Shown here piece after piece: positions 18,379 to 31,338 of a stretch of DNA of 64,000 nt. The stretch covers positions 2,882-66,881 of the forward strand of contig JBBDJA010000025.1 in the NCBI GenBank assembly GCA_040880105.1, in the 5' to 3' direction. A program made the translations under genes and the position numbers. Positions within the stretch are counted from its first letter, which is position 1. Every line of letters begins with the position of its first letter. The notes under the pieces are model-generated. The model saw only the letters and a program-made list of their open reading frames with translations. It had not been told where the DNA came from and did not search any database. The stretch is from Waddliaceae bacterium. GTDB taxonomy: Bacteria; Chlamydiota; Chlamydiia; Chlamydiales; SLOH01.

Positions 18379-19260
18379 TTAAGATAAGGGTATCCAAGAG
18401 AGGGACGTGAGCTCCTCATCGAACCCAAATCCATACCCCTCCTGTGGAGGAATCAACCTTGGGCCGTTACGGGAGAGTTTTTCGCTGAAGCTGCTTTTTT
18501 GATACACTTCATGGGATACAAGACCGCAAATAGAGACGCGCCCTGTTTTTTCAGAAAGCAGAGCAGCTGTATATGCTGCTGCAAGTTGGCCGATTGGATG
18601 ATCTAAATATGAGGTGACCACAAGCTGATGATCTCCTTTAAGAAACGGATCGACCTCTTGAACTGCCGGCTTTATCACAAGAAAGGGGGCATTAGCACCT
18701 TTTTCCGAACCAAAATCACGAGCAAAATTCACTTTGTATTGTTGTTGGATTTGACTCCACTTTGATGAGTATGGAGTGGGATCTTCCAAAAATTCTATAT
18801 CTGTTAAATCATTGGCAGACAAGAACTCCTCACATTCTTTTGGAGATAGGCGAGACCCAAAGTCTAGACGAAGGCGCACTCCCTTTGGCAGTTTTACATC
18901 TTTTTTTACCTTGATTTTCAAATGAGTAAAACCATCGAGATCCACAGGATGACTTGGATCCATAGAAAGCGCATGACTCTTTGGAATGACTATATCTTGG
19001 AAAAGATTCACCCGCTCGGCTCTTGCATTTCGATCAAGAGTTGCAAAATAGAGTGAACGCTTTAAAAGGGGGGTTAATTTCCCCTGTCTAAGCGAAGATA
19101 GCTGCGCGGATAAAGGAAGATCTCCAAGCTCTACCCAGGGGTGACAATCAGCGTAGCCGATGTTTCCATTGTCATCGACTACGCGAAGCAAAGCTCCCTC
19201 CCGCGCTTGCAATGAGTGCTTAAATATTAAGCGATAAGGAGAGTAGAAAAATTGATCCAT
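18379..19260 (-). CDS. menC: O-succinylbenzoate synthase
   Basis: GYADCHPWVELGD, HLKIKV, RLRLDF, IEFLEDP, FARD, VIKP, VVTSYLDHP. Start moved to MDQFFYSPY (19260). Confidence 0.85.
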   Translation of the reverse strand: MDQFFYSPYRLIFKHSLQAREGALLRVVDDNGNIGYADCHPWVELGDLPLSAQLSSLRQGKLTPLLKRSLYFATLDRNARAERVNLFQDIVIPKSHALSMDPSHPVDLDGFTHLKIKVKKDVKLPKGVRLRLDFGSRLSPKECEEFLSANDLTDIEFLEDPTPYSSKWSQIQQQYKVNFARDFGSEKGANAPFLVIKPAVQEVDPFLKGDHQLVVTSYLDHPIGQLAAAYTAALLSEKTGRVSICGLVSHEVYQKSSFSEKLSRNGPRLIPPQEGYGFGFDEELTSLSWIPLS

Positions 19261-20132
19261 AATCCAATTGAAAGAAGTATTCCAAAGCCAAGGTGTAAAA
19301 AACTCGCGCGGCAAAGAAGGCGATTATACTCCTTTGAGGGCTTTGTTTTTGCCACTTGATTTGCAAGTTTCAAAGCAAATGGCAAAAGGACAAGTGGAAG
19401 GATTCCCGCAAGCATCTCCCCCATTGCAAGCCAGATCAATCCAAGAGAAAATGGAGCGATTGTGCAAAAGGCGATCTGATACGAAGCCGCGTATCGCCCA
19501 AGGCGAACAGCCAAGGTTCGCTTCCCAACAAATCCGTCGGAATCTATATCTCTTAAGTTATTGATCGCAATCATTGAGACCGCAAGCAATCCGATTTGAG
19601 TTCCCGCTAAAAAAGCGGATGGACTTAGCCACTGCGTCTGTAAATAGAAAACAGCAAGCGTTGCAACCCAACCGAAAAAGATCAAAACAAAGAGATCTCC
19701 AAGCCCAACGTAGGCAAGCGGGTAGGGTCCTCCTGTGTAAAGATAGGCGCAAACAAGAGATAAAAGCGCAACCCATCCCATCAGAGCGCCCCCGATTGAA
19801 AGAAGCGGGAGGGAAAAAGTTGCAGCTAAAAGAAGGAAAATAGAGGCGCCAATCATGACTTGGTTCGGTGTGAGCCAGCCCGCTTGAGTCACCCTTGGGG
19901 GACCTAGACGGTCGGCATTATCCGCTCCTTTTTTAAAGTCGAGCACATCGTTGATAAGGTTAGTTGCGATTTGAATACAAAAGGCAAACATCAACGCATA
20001 GAGACTCACAAGCCACTGCACGGAATAGCCAGATGCCTTGACAAGTGCAGTCGCCACCAAAATGGGGATAAATGCAGCTGTCAGCGTTCTTGGACGTATG
20101 GCTGTCCACCAAGTTTTAATTGTCTGTTCCAT
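19227..20132 (-). CDS. menA: 1,4-dihydroxy-2-naphthoate octaprenyltransferase
   Basis: AIRPRTL, NLINDVLDFKKGAD, YTGGPYPLAY, INNLRDIDSD, GKRTLAVRLG. Confidence 0.95.
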   Translation of the reverse strand: MEQTIKTWWTAIRPRTLTAAFIPILVATALVKASGYSVQWLVSLYALMFAFCIQIATNLINDVLDFKKGADNADRLGPPRVTQAGWLTPNQVMIGASIFLLLAATFSLPLLSIGGALMGWVALLSLVCAYLYTGGPYPLAYVGLGDLFVLIFFGWVATLAVFYLQTQWLSPSAFLAGTQIGLLAVSMIAINNLRDIDSDGFVGKRTLAVRLGRYAASYQIAFCTIAPFSLGLIWLAMGEMLAGILPLVLLPFALKLANQVAKTKPSKEYNRLLCRASFLHLGFGILLSIGLWINFSTLLIA

Positions 20133-20162
20133 TTTTTACCTCTGTTCGTATTGCCGCATATG

Positions 20163-20981
20163 CTACGGCAGTCTTGAAAATTGTGAAAAATTAGGCGCGC
20201 GTTTTTCTAAAAATGCCTCTTTTCCCTCTTTTGCTTCTTGACTCATGTAGTAAAGAAGTGTTGCGTTTCCGGCAAGATCAAGTAAGCCGACCTGGCCGTC
20301 GCAATCTGCATTCAAAGCGGATTTCAAACATCTTAAAGCAAGCGGTGAATGGGCTAGCATCTCACGACAAACCTTTAATGTTTCATCTTCTAATTGATCG
20401 AGTGGCACAACTGTATTGACAAGTCCCATCTCAAGCGCCTCTTTTGCAGAGTACTGACGACAAAGGAACCAAATCTCTCGCGCCTTTTTTTGTCCGACAA
20501 TACGTGCAAGATAGCTACTTCCAAGACCGCCATCAAAAGAGCCGACCTTAGGGCCCGTTTGCCCAAAAATTGCATTATCAGCGGCAATTGTCAAATCACA
20601 AATCACATGAAGCACATGTCCTCCACCAATTGCATATCCTGCCACTTGCGCGACAACAGGTTTTGGTAGCGAGCGAATTTGTTTCTGGAGGTCTAAGACA
20701 TTTAAGCGAGGAATTCCATCGCCTCCGACATATCCGCCTGTCCCTCGGACTTTTTGATCACCGCCTGAACAAAAGGCGTCTTTACCCTCTCCGGTCAAAA
20801 TGACAACTCCGATTTCCTGGTCGTCGCGCGCCATTTCAAATGCTTTTTGCATTTCTGTCACAGTCTGAGGACGAAATGCATTTCTGACTTCAGGTCTATT
20901 AATGGTGATCTTTCCGATACCATCTGCTGTCTTTTGAAAACGAATATCTTCAAATGTTTCAACTGTTTTCCAGTTTGTCAT
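20163..20981 (-). CDS. menB: 1,4-dihydroxy-2-naphthoyl-CoA synthase
   Basis: [53 protein letters not shown]. Confidence 0.98.
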   Translation of the reverse strand: MTNWKTVETFEDIRFQKTADGIGKITINRPEVRNAFRPQTVTEMQKAFEMARDDQEIGVVILTGEGKDAFCSGGDQKVRGTGGYVGGDGIPRLNVLDLQKQIRSLPKPVVAQVAGYAIGGGHVLHVICDLTIAADNAIFGQTGPKVGSFDGGLGSSYLARIVGQKKAREIWFLCRQYSAKEALEMGLVNTVVPLDQLEDETLKVCREMLAHSPLALRCLKSALNADCDGQVGLLDLAGNATLLYYMSQEAKEGKEAFLEKRAPNFSQFSRLP

Positions 20982-21621
20982 ATATCTCTCCTATAATTTC
21001 CGGTTGATCAAGGTGGACACGATGACCGGCGTCCGGGATAATTTTTACGTTTGATTGAGGGAGTTGTTTTGATCGTTCAACTGCAGCGAGGTCTCTTGCG
21101 CCGACAACATAAAACCAAGGAATGTCAAGAGAATGCAACTCTTTTAAAAATGACCGCTGCATCCCAAGCGACCAATAACGCATAGCCTCAGCCCAAAGCG
21201 CTCGTCTTTTTACCTCGTCATTTTGACAAGTAACCCTCGATCCGCTAAATACAGCTTGCGCATTCCAAGCAGATAAAAAATGACTCCACTCCCCTCTCTC
21301 GATAATCTGCGACCAAAATAGATCCGCTGCATGTCGACCGCACCTCTCCTCTTCTGTTTCTAAACCATAATGTGTGGAGAGAAAAAGAGCCGACTTCCAG
21401 TTCGAGGGTTGCTCCATAAGCGCGTGCAAAGCAAGGCGCCCGCCAAGGGAGTAACCGATCAACATCTTGTCTTTGACTTCGCTTGTTTTCCGATTAAATT
21501 CCTTAGCCCAAGTGTCAAATCCAGAGGAGGGACGCGCATACGCAAAAAGATCCACCCCATGAGATAAGTCAGAGGCGCTCCCTAAGAAGCCATGCAGTGC
21601 ATATTTTTGTATTGATCCCAA
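20959..21621 (-). CDS. menH: SHCHC synthase (alpha/beta hydrolase)
   Basis: [22 protein letters not shown]; TTG start; position in the men operon. Confidence 0.8.
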   Translation of the reverse strand: MGSIQKYALHGFLGSASDLSHGVDLFAYARPSSGFDTWAKEFNRKTSEVKDKMLIGYSLGGRLALHALMEQPSNWKSALFLSTHYGLETEEERCGRHAADLFWSQIIERGEWSHFLSAWNAQAVFSGSRVTCQNDEVKRRALWAEAMRYWSLGMQRSFLKELHSLDIPWFYVVGARDLAAVERSKQLPQSNVKIIPDAGHRVHLDQPEIIGEIYDKLENS

Positions 21622-23033
21622 AACGCCTCTGTTTGTTGTAAGTCGGGCAAAAGCTCAATCAGCTGCTTGCCGGATTCCAGTTGATGACTATGCGAGAGTC
21701 CCCAAAATTCAGCGATTGAACTATACCGAAGCCGATGACAATTTTGAAGCTCTTTTTCAGCAAATACGCGCGAGAAGATCCCACCGCCCCCATTATTGAT
21801 AACAACTACTGTAATATCTCTATTCTCCATCTGAGGCATCGCCCAGAAAGCTGCCAGATCATAAAGCGCTGTTAAATCGCCGATGATTGCAATATTTGGA
21901 GTGTTCGATCGGCACATTCCGAGGAATGTCGAAATTTGTCCATCTATTCCATTTAGCCCACGGCTTGCAGCAACATCTGGATGTGAGATTTCATATGTAG
22001 CTGCCAGGTCCCAGTGGCGAATGGGCTGGCTATTGCCAAGATAAATAAAACTATTCGACGGAATGAATTGTGATAAGGCGCGGATAAAAGCCGGTTCTGA
22101 TTGCGGATATTTATCCAGAAGTTCGTTTAAATGGGACCTGGCTTTATCCTCTGCTTTCAACCACTTCTCAGGTGAAATAGTAAGTGATAATGAAGGAAGC
22201 TCAGATAGCATTTCCCCGTGTTCAAGTCCCTTGAAAGGAAGCTCTGAGTAGGATCGAACAGGAAGGGAAAGTTCGCGCCAAAATGAAAGTGTCGGCACAC
22301 CGCCAATCCTCAAGATTCCATCGATGGGATAGTCGTTTTCAGAGGAATTCTCTAATATTTTTTCTTCTTGATACACTCTCAGGTGCGCAAGAGAGGGCTC
22401 TTCACGAAGCCCAGATGTTGCCTCTAAATAGCAAGGAGCTCCTAGCGCGCGCAAATAATTGATAACAGGCTCTCTTTGCTTTAAACTCAGGCGGCTGACA
22501 ATCACAAGCGGGCTTGAAAATAGACTCTTCGAATGAACCCCTTTCGACTCATTTCTTAAAGGATCTTCAAAACATACATTTTGATGAGCGGGAAAAGTTT
22601 GGCTCCAACTATTCAGACTACAGCTTTCACCGGCAGAAATATCTAACTCAAACTCGACATACTTTTGAAAAAGACCTACCTGTTCGGCACTCTGCGGCGC
22701 ACCGCTGCCACGGTATCGGCGCGGACGATCAGAAGTAACAAGAAGAAGAGGATCTCCTGAATAATACGCTTCCATACAAGCCGGAAGAAGTTCTCCGGCA
22801 GCTGTTCCCGAAGTTGTGATTATGCAAACCGGCTCTTTTTTTAATCGAGAGCGCCCGAGAGCAAAAAAGGCAGCAGATCGCTCCTCTGGAAAGGTAAAAA
22901 GCTGTATATGATTGCGTTTTTTAAGCTCCACAAGCAACGGGTAAGATCTTGCACCCGAACAAAAGACGCACTCTTTAACGCCAATCTGCTCCCAAGCGTC
23001 CACAAGCTCTTTCGCAAGCAATGAATTATTCAA
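21582..23033 (-). CDS. menD: SEPHCHC synthase (ThDP-dependent), compact form
   Basis: CSGARSYPL, EERSAAFFALG, TTSGTAA, TSDRP, SRGLNGIDG, GDLTALYD, NNGGGGIF. Confidence 0.93.
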   Translation of the reverse strand: MNNSLLAKELVDAWEQIGVKECVFCSGARSYPLLVELKKRNHIQLFTFPEERSAAFFALGRSRLKKEPVCIITTSGTAAGELLPACMEAYYSGDPLLLVTSDRPRRYRGSGAPQSAEQVGLFQKYVEFELDISAGESCSLNSWSQTFPAHQNVCFEDPLRNESKGVHSKSLFSSPLVIVSRLSLKQREPVINYLRALGAPCYLEATSGLREEPSLAHLRVYQEEKILENSSENDYPIDGILRIGGVPTLSFWRELSLPVRSYSELPFKGLEHGEMLSELPSLSLTISPEKWLKAEDKARSHLNELLDKYPQSEPAFIRALSQFIPSNSFIYLGNSQPIRHWDLAATYEISHPDVAASRGLNGIDGQISTFLGMCRSNTPNIAIIGDLTALYDLAAFWAMPQMENRDITVVVINNGGGGIFSRVFAEKELQNCHRLRYSSIAEFWGLSHSHQLESGKQLIELLPDLQQTEAFWDQYKNMHCMAS

Positions 23034-24046
23034 ATAAGCCCCAACATTTTTTTTGTGGAATGAAGTTTTAGTTTAACCTCTTTCAGTTCATTGTCAAGCA
23101 CACTTTCATGCACGACACCGCACCCAGCGCCAATTTTAATCTTATCTTTTTTCCATTGAATATTTCGTATCGCAACAAGGCAATGCGCGCTATTATCGCG
23201 TACAAGACCAAAAGGTGCCCCAAAGCGATGGCGAGGAAGGTATTGGTCGTAATCTCTAAGCCAAGGCGCACCCTCATCTTTTGGAAAAGCGCCAAGAGCC
23301 GGCGTTGGGTGAAGCGCCCTGACATATGTCTCCAGCGGATACGACCGAGAGTACCTCACGTCGATTGGAGTCACTAAATGGGAAAGGCTGGAAAAAGGAA
23401 CCACTTGACGTTTATGAATATTGACCTGAGCCTCATTTTCAATTGCATTTAAAGACTTGGTGATTCCTTCGACAACAAGTGAATGCTCATACATATCTTT
23501 TGGCTGATTTAAAAGATCACACTCTTTTGAGGAGTCGGAAGTGCCGGCAACCGCCATGGTTTTTAAATAACAACTCTCCTTTTGAAAAAGCACTTCAGGG
23601 GTAGCCCCTAAAATTCCCCCAGTCTCATCCCAAGCGCCATACACAAAATACTCACTCCCTTTGATTTGATCCAAAAGAGATTGAATTAAGCCCGAAACAT
23701 TAAGTTTTGAGGTTGATACTAAAAATAAGTATGGAACGATTTTCTTTAATCGCGTTTGTCCCTTGAAAGATGCGATAGTCGATTCAAATAGCTCTAACCC
23801 CTCGAGAGAAAAGTTGGGGTGATAGTTCTTTTCGGGATCAGTAAGTTGTGAGGATAGAGAGCCAAGATCCATCTCTTTATACCCCTTATATCGGTGCCAG
23901 TCATTAGTTCCTTTGAGAAAGAAATCCGGTGAATAGATAGCGGGACCCTCTTGACTTTCCTCGCCCCAACCGACCCAAATCTTATCATTTGAAAGGGAAA
24001 AAATCGCGCCTCGTTTTAAGAACTGCTCTTCTTGAAACAAGTGCAT
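23030..24046 (-). CDS. menF: Isochorismate synthase
   Basis: GATPEVL, MAVAGT, KDMYEHSLVV, LHPTPALG, LVAIRN, AGCGVV. Confidence 0.9.
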   Translation of the reverse strand: MHLFQEEQFLKRGAIFSLSNDKIWVGWGEESQEGPAIYSPDFFLKGTNDWHRYKGYKEMDLGSLSSQLTDPEKNYHPNFSLEGLELFESTIASFKGQTRLKKIVPYLFLVSTSKLNVSGLIQSLLDQIKGSEYFVYGAWDETGGILGATPEVLFQKESCYLKTMAVAGTSDSSKECDLLNQPKDMYEHSLVVEGITKSLNAIENEAQVNIHKRQVVPFSSLSHLVTPIDVRYSRSYPLETYVRALHPTPALGAFPKDEGAPWLRDYDQYLPRHRFGAPFGLVRDNSAHCLVAIRNIQWKKDKIKIGAGCGVVHESVLDNELKEVKLKLHSTKKMLGLI

Positions 24047-24048
24047 CT

Positions 24049-24960
24049 TTAATTCAATGCTTGAATTTTAAGAAAAAGGTTTTGCAGAGCGCTTCCTAAG
24101 GGAGTTGCGCGCTCGATATGCAACTTTGCATCGTCAATATGTGAGATAATAGATTCTAATGGGGGAATGCTCCCCTTCTCCAGTCGCTTTTCAATGAGTG
24201 AGGCGTCATGAGTTAAAGAGAGTGATTCACCGATTTGAGACGCATGAAGATCTCGAAACCAAAGCAAGATGAGTTCGAAAAGCAAAAAAACCTCTTCGAA
24301 GTATCGAGAAGCAATCACGCCTTGCACCTCTTTAAGGTGCGCCTGTTTCTGCAATGCTGTTGAGTCTGATGGCGCTGTCTCCATCAATTTAGTTTCCCAT
24401 TGCTTTTTCTTCTCTTCAATTTGATCACTATAAGTAGAAATTGCTGATTTAAGGTCTGTAAAATGAAATTTGGCTTCAGAAAGAAGGTTTAAAATGGAAC
24501 GATACTGCTCAAGATCCGGTTGCGTAAGTGTAAAGGGGAAGTATAGAGTTTGGCATCTAGAGACAATTGTCGGCAGCAAAAGCTCGGGGCGGGTGGAAAT
24601 GAGAATAATTGTGCTATGAGCCGCCGGTTCCTCGAAAGTTTTAAGAAGCGCATTACTGCTAGCTGGCATCATGCGGTGCGCCTCTTTGACTATAAACACC
24701 TTTCTTTTTCCCGCATAAGGCGCTAAGTACACCTCATTAGTTAAGCTGCGCATCGCATCGATGGAGTGCATCCCGCTTTTTCCTTCAGGGCTATAGTAAA
24801 AAAGGTCGGGGTGTGAATCGGAGGTGAAAGTTAAAAGGGACTTGGCAAATGAGAGCGCTGCCGCTTCCATCTCGGCTGAATTTGAGCCGGAAAATAATAG
24901 CGAGCCTGGAATCCGATTTTTCTCGGACATTTTAGTGAGAATTTTTTCAATATGTGTCAT
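24049..24960 (-). CDS. holB: DNA polymerase III delta' subunit
   Basis: HPD, KVFIVKEAHRM, SNALLKTFEEP, LLPTIVSRC; follows tmk. Confidence 0.9.
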   Translation of the reverse strand: MTHIEKILTKMSEKNRIPGSLLFSGSNSAEMEAAALSFAKSLLTFTSDSHPDLFYYSPEGKSGMHSIDAMRSLTNEVYLAPYAGKRKVFIVKEAHRMMPASSNALLKTFEEPAAHSTIILISTRPELLLPTIVSRCQTLYFPFTLTQPDLEQYRSILNLLSEAKFHFTDLKSAISTYSDQIEEKKKQWETKLMETAPSDSTALQKQAHLKEVQGVIASRYFEEVFLLFELILLWFRDLHASQIGESLSLTHDASLIEKRLEKGSIPPLESIISHIDDAKLHIERATPLGSALQNLFLKIQALN

Positions 24961-24968
24961 TCAAGTGG

Positions 24969-25607
24969 TTATAAAACAGAAAGGCGTTCATCGATTTCCT
25001 TCATTGCATCCTTCAATACAATATCGATCGGACTGCTTGCGTCTATAATACGAAACCGCTCAAGATCTTGACGCGCAATTTCATGAAACCCTTGACGTAC
25101 CTTTTTATGAAATGAGAGCTTCTCTGACTCAATACGGTCGACATCATCGGGCATGGCAAAGGAGTCAGAGGGCTTTGTGCGGGAGAGGCCAATTTCAGGA
25201 TCCAAATCTAAATACAACGTAAGGTCCGGAACGAGACCGTCGCAAACCAAGTCGCAGATTTCTTGTGTATCGTCAACACCGATTGTCCGCGCAGCTCCTT
25301 GATAGGCAACTGTAGAGTCGTTGAATCGGTCGCAAAGTACAATTTTACCGACGCGGAGAGCCGGTAAAATCACCTCTTCAATATGTTGGGCGCGAGCGGC
25401 TAAAAAGAGAAGGAGTTCTGCACGTTTGCCAACCTTTGCAAGAGAGCCCGGATCCAAAAGGATATTTCGAATTATATCTCCAAGAGCAGTTCCGCCCGGT
25501 TCGCGTGTCGCCAGCACATCTATTCCTCGAGATTTAAGATCTTCTGCAATTTTTTGGGTGAGAGTGGATTTTCCGACCCCCTCACCACCTTCTATTGTAA
25601 TAAACAT
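24969..25607 (-). CDS. tmk: Thymidylate kinase
   Basis: FITIEGGEGVGKST, TREPGGT, LCDRFNDS, PDLTLYLD. Confidence 0.97.
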   Translation of the reverse strand: MFITIEGGEGVGKSTLTQKIAEDLKSRGIDVLATREPGGTALGDIIRNILLDPGSLAKVGKRAELLLFLAARAQHIEEVILPALRVGKIVLCDRFNDSTVAYQGAARTIGVDDTQEICDLVCDGLVPDLTLYLDLDPEIGLSRTKPSDSFAMPDDVDRIESEKLSFHKKVRQGFHEIARQDLERFRIIDASSPIDIVLKDAMKEIDERLSVL

Positions 25608-28244
25608 CTACTCGTCCAAATCATCTTCGGTATTTGAGTTAAGTTCGTCTTCATCAGAAAGAGAGGGTTCCTCCTCGTCAAAATCGGTAAGTTCTCCTTC
25701 ATCAGACAAAGAGAGCTCTCCCTCGTCAAAATCAGCCGGTTCCCCTTCATTAGCCACTGCCGGCTTCACTGCATTAGACTCCGGATTTTCACTTGATTCT
25801 AACTCTTCCGCCTCAATTTTTTGAATTGCAACGATATGATCATTGTCCCGCATATTCGCAAGCTTTACTCCTTGTGTGCTACGACCCATCACCCTGACAT
25901 CTTCCATCCGAATTCGGATGGCTTGACCCTTTTCAGAGATCATTAAGACGCCGTCTGTATCCGTTACACAAATAGAGGCAACAACTTTGCCATTTCTATC
26001 ACTTGTGACAATTGATCTAACACCGACACCGCCGCGCTTGGTCTTGCGGAATTCATCCACATTGGACCGTTTGCCAAATCCATTTTCGCAAACGATCAAC
26101 ACAGTCTCATCTCCGTTAACAACCTCGCAGCTTATGACCGCATCGTCATCGCCGCGAAGAGAGATCCCGCGCACCCCTCTTGCCATTCGACCCATCGCTC
26201 GAACATCTTTTTGATCAAAGCGAACTGCCATCCCATCTTGAGTAAACAGCATCACCTGTTGGTCCGGATCCACAAGGCGGGCGGCAACAAGCTCATCTCC
26301 ATCGACGATTTCTATTGCCCATATTCCGTTACGCCTTGGTTTGCTAAACTCTTTTAGCATGGTCTTTTTCACGGTTCCCTTTCGCGTTGACATCACGATG
26401 GAAGACTCCCCTTCAAAATTAGGAGTGCAGAGCACAGTTGCAATTTTTTCTCCCTCTCTTAGATCTCCAAGTAAATTCACCATCGGGCGGCCCTTAGATT
26501 TCCTTCCGGCTTCGGGGATCTGCCACGCTTTAATCCAATAGCACCTTCCGAAGGTTGTAAAGATGAGAAGATAGTCATGAGCATTTGCAATGAATAATCC
26601 TTTTGGAAGGTCATCTTTCTTCTTCAGATTGATGCCGGCTACACCCTGTCCCCCGCGCCGTTGTTCGCGGAAAGTATCAACAGGCATACGCTTTACATAA
26701 TCATCAGATGAGATTGTGATAATCGTTTTATCATTGGCAATAAGATCTTCCATATCCATGTCGCCTTCCGCTGCGATAATTTGCGTACGGCGCGGGATGG
26801 CGTGATGTTTTGCGATCTGACTGAGCTCTTCTCTGATGATATCTTTAACTCTTCCTTCACTAGCTAAGATCTCTTTCAGATTCGCGATATGTTCAAGCAA
26901 ACTCTTATGTTCCGCATCAATCTTTTCTTTTTCAAGTCCGGTGAGTTGATAAAGTCGTAGGTCAAGGACTGCATTGGCCTGTTTTTCAGTAAAATCAAAT
27001 TGCTCTATTAATCCTTTTTTTGCCTCATCGCGAGATTGGCTCGCGCGGATCATCGCCACAATCCGATCCAGAACGTCTAGTGCCTTTAGGTAACCTTCCA
27101 CAATGTGTATTCTAGCCTCGGCTTTATCAAGCTCGAAACGCGTTCTTCTGCGAATCACATCGATACGGTGTTTAACCCAAGAGTGAATCATCTCCTTCAC
27201 ATTCATAACGCGAGGCATACCATGATCCAAAGCGAGCATATTGCAGCCAAAAGTAATCTGGAGATCAGTGTATTTATACAGCTGATTGATGGTGACTTCT
27301 GGAATTTCGCCTCTTTTCAGCTCAATAACAATCCGCATACCGTCTTTATCCGATTCATCTCTTAAATCAGAGATTCCGGTCATCGACTTGCTATTGATCA
27401 AATCGGCGATGTGTTCGATCAATCTCGACTTATTCACGTTATAGGGAATTTCATCGACAATAATGCGTTCGCGATCCGGATAATTTGGGTTATCATCTAC
27501 ACGTAATTTTCCGCGTAGAATAACCTTTCCCCTTCCGGTATGAAACGCTTCTTTAATGCCTCTATAGCCGCAAATAATACCACCGGAAGGAAAATCAGGT
27601 CCCGGCATGACTTGAAGAATTTCATCGACTGTTGTTTCAGGGTCGTCCAGAATCAAAAGAGTGGCATCTAGTACTTCTTTAAAGTTATGCGGCGGAATAT
27701 TTGTCGCCATCCCAACAGCGATCCCTGATGAACCGTTGCAGAGTAAGTTTGGAAATTTAGCCGGAAAAACAGTTGGCTCCAGTTTGGTCTCATCGTAGTT
27801 GGGAACCATATCAACTGTTTGCTTATCTAAATCCTCCATCAACTGAACTGAGGCGTACGTCATTCTCGCTTCTGTATAACGCATAGCAGCTGGTGGGTCA
27901 CCATCGACAGATCCGAAGTTTCCCTGCCCATTGACAAGCGGATACCCCATCACCCAACCTTGCGCCATACGGACAAGAGTCGGATAAATGACCTGCTCCC
28001 CGTGTGGGTGGTAATCCCCTGAAGTGTCACCGGAGATCTTAGCGCATTTACGATGCTTGCCACCGGGACTTAAGTTCAACTGTTTCATCGCGTAAAGGAT
28101 GCGTCGTTGTGAAGGCTTCAGTCCATCGCGCACATCCGGCAAGGCCCTAGAGATAATCACAGACATCGAATAGCGCAAATAGCTATCCTTCATCTCATCT
28201 TCAACGTTACGGGTAATTATATTTTGTTCAATAGCATCTGACAT
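25608..28244 (-). CDS. gyrA: DNA gyrase subunit A
   Basis: RALPDVRDGLKP, YHPHG, AAMRYTEAR, GyrA box QRRGGQG, CTD repeats and a long acidic tail. Confidence 0.99.
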   Translation of the reverse strand: MSDAIEQNIITRNVEDEMKDSYLRYSMSVIISRALPDVRDGLKPSQRRILYAMKQLNLSPGGKHRKCAKISGDTSGDYHPHGEQVIYPTLVRMAQGWVMGYPLVNGQGNFGSVDGDPPAAMRYTEARMTYASVQLMEDLDKQTVDMVPNYDETKLEPTVFPAKFPNLLCNGSSGIAVGMATNIPPHNFKEVLDATLLILDDPETTVDEILQVMPGPDFPSGGIICGYRGIKEAFHTGRGKVILRGKLRVDDNPNYPDRERIIVDEIPYNVNKSRLIEHIADLINSKSMTGISDLRDESDKDGMRIVIELKRGEIPEVTINQLYKYTDLQITFGCNMLALDHGMPRVMNVKEMIHSWVKHRIDVIRRRTRFELDKAEARIHIVEGYLKALDVLDRIVAMIRASQSRDEAKKGLIEQFDFTEKQANAVLDLRLYQLTGLEKEKIDAEHKSLLEHIANLKEILASEGRVKDIIREELSQIAKHHAIPRRTQIIAAEGDMDMEDLIANDKTIITISSDDYVKRMPVDTFREQRRGGQGVAGINLKKKDDLPKGLFIANAHDYLLIFTTFGRCYWIKAWQIPEAGRKSKGRPMVNLLGDLREGEKIATVLCTPNFEGESSIVMSTRKGTVKKTMLKEFSKPRRNGIWAIEIVDGDELVAARLVDPDQQVMLFTQDGMAVRFDQKDVRAMGRMARGVRGISLRGDDDAVISCEVVNGDETVLIVCENGFGKRSNVDEFRKTKRGGVGVRSIVTSDRNGKVVASICVTDTDGVLMISEKGQAIRIRMEDVRVMGRSTQGVKLANMRDNDHIVAIQKIEAEELESSENPESNAVKPAVANEGEPADFDEGELSLSDEGELTDFDEEEPSLSDEDELNSNTEDDLDE
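25639..25734 (-). repeat. 48-bp (16-aa) tandem duplication in the GyrA acidic tail
   Basis: DFDEGELSLSDEGELT / DFDEEEPSLSDEDELN; cctcgtcaaaatc occurs at 25673 and 25721. Confidence 0.75.
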
Positions 28245-28253
28245 TGTTTACCT

Positions 28254-31093
<2,840 letters not shown>

Positions 31094-31338
31094 CTCAGAA
31101 CTCTCATATAGAGAGATTCATTTTAACAGATTTTGATGAAAGAAAAAAGCATAATTTCGAATAAATTTTAGATAAAAATTCTTTCACTGTTTCGAACATT
31201 CTAACCATCGGAATGTGAGTTGAATATTATGTTTAGACAGTTGTTTGAGACACAAAAAATAAAAGAAGGCTAAAGGAGTCATTCGTAACGAATAGAAACC
31301 CAAAAGGAAACCAACGGTTAAAATCTAAAAGCCCCTAT

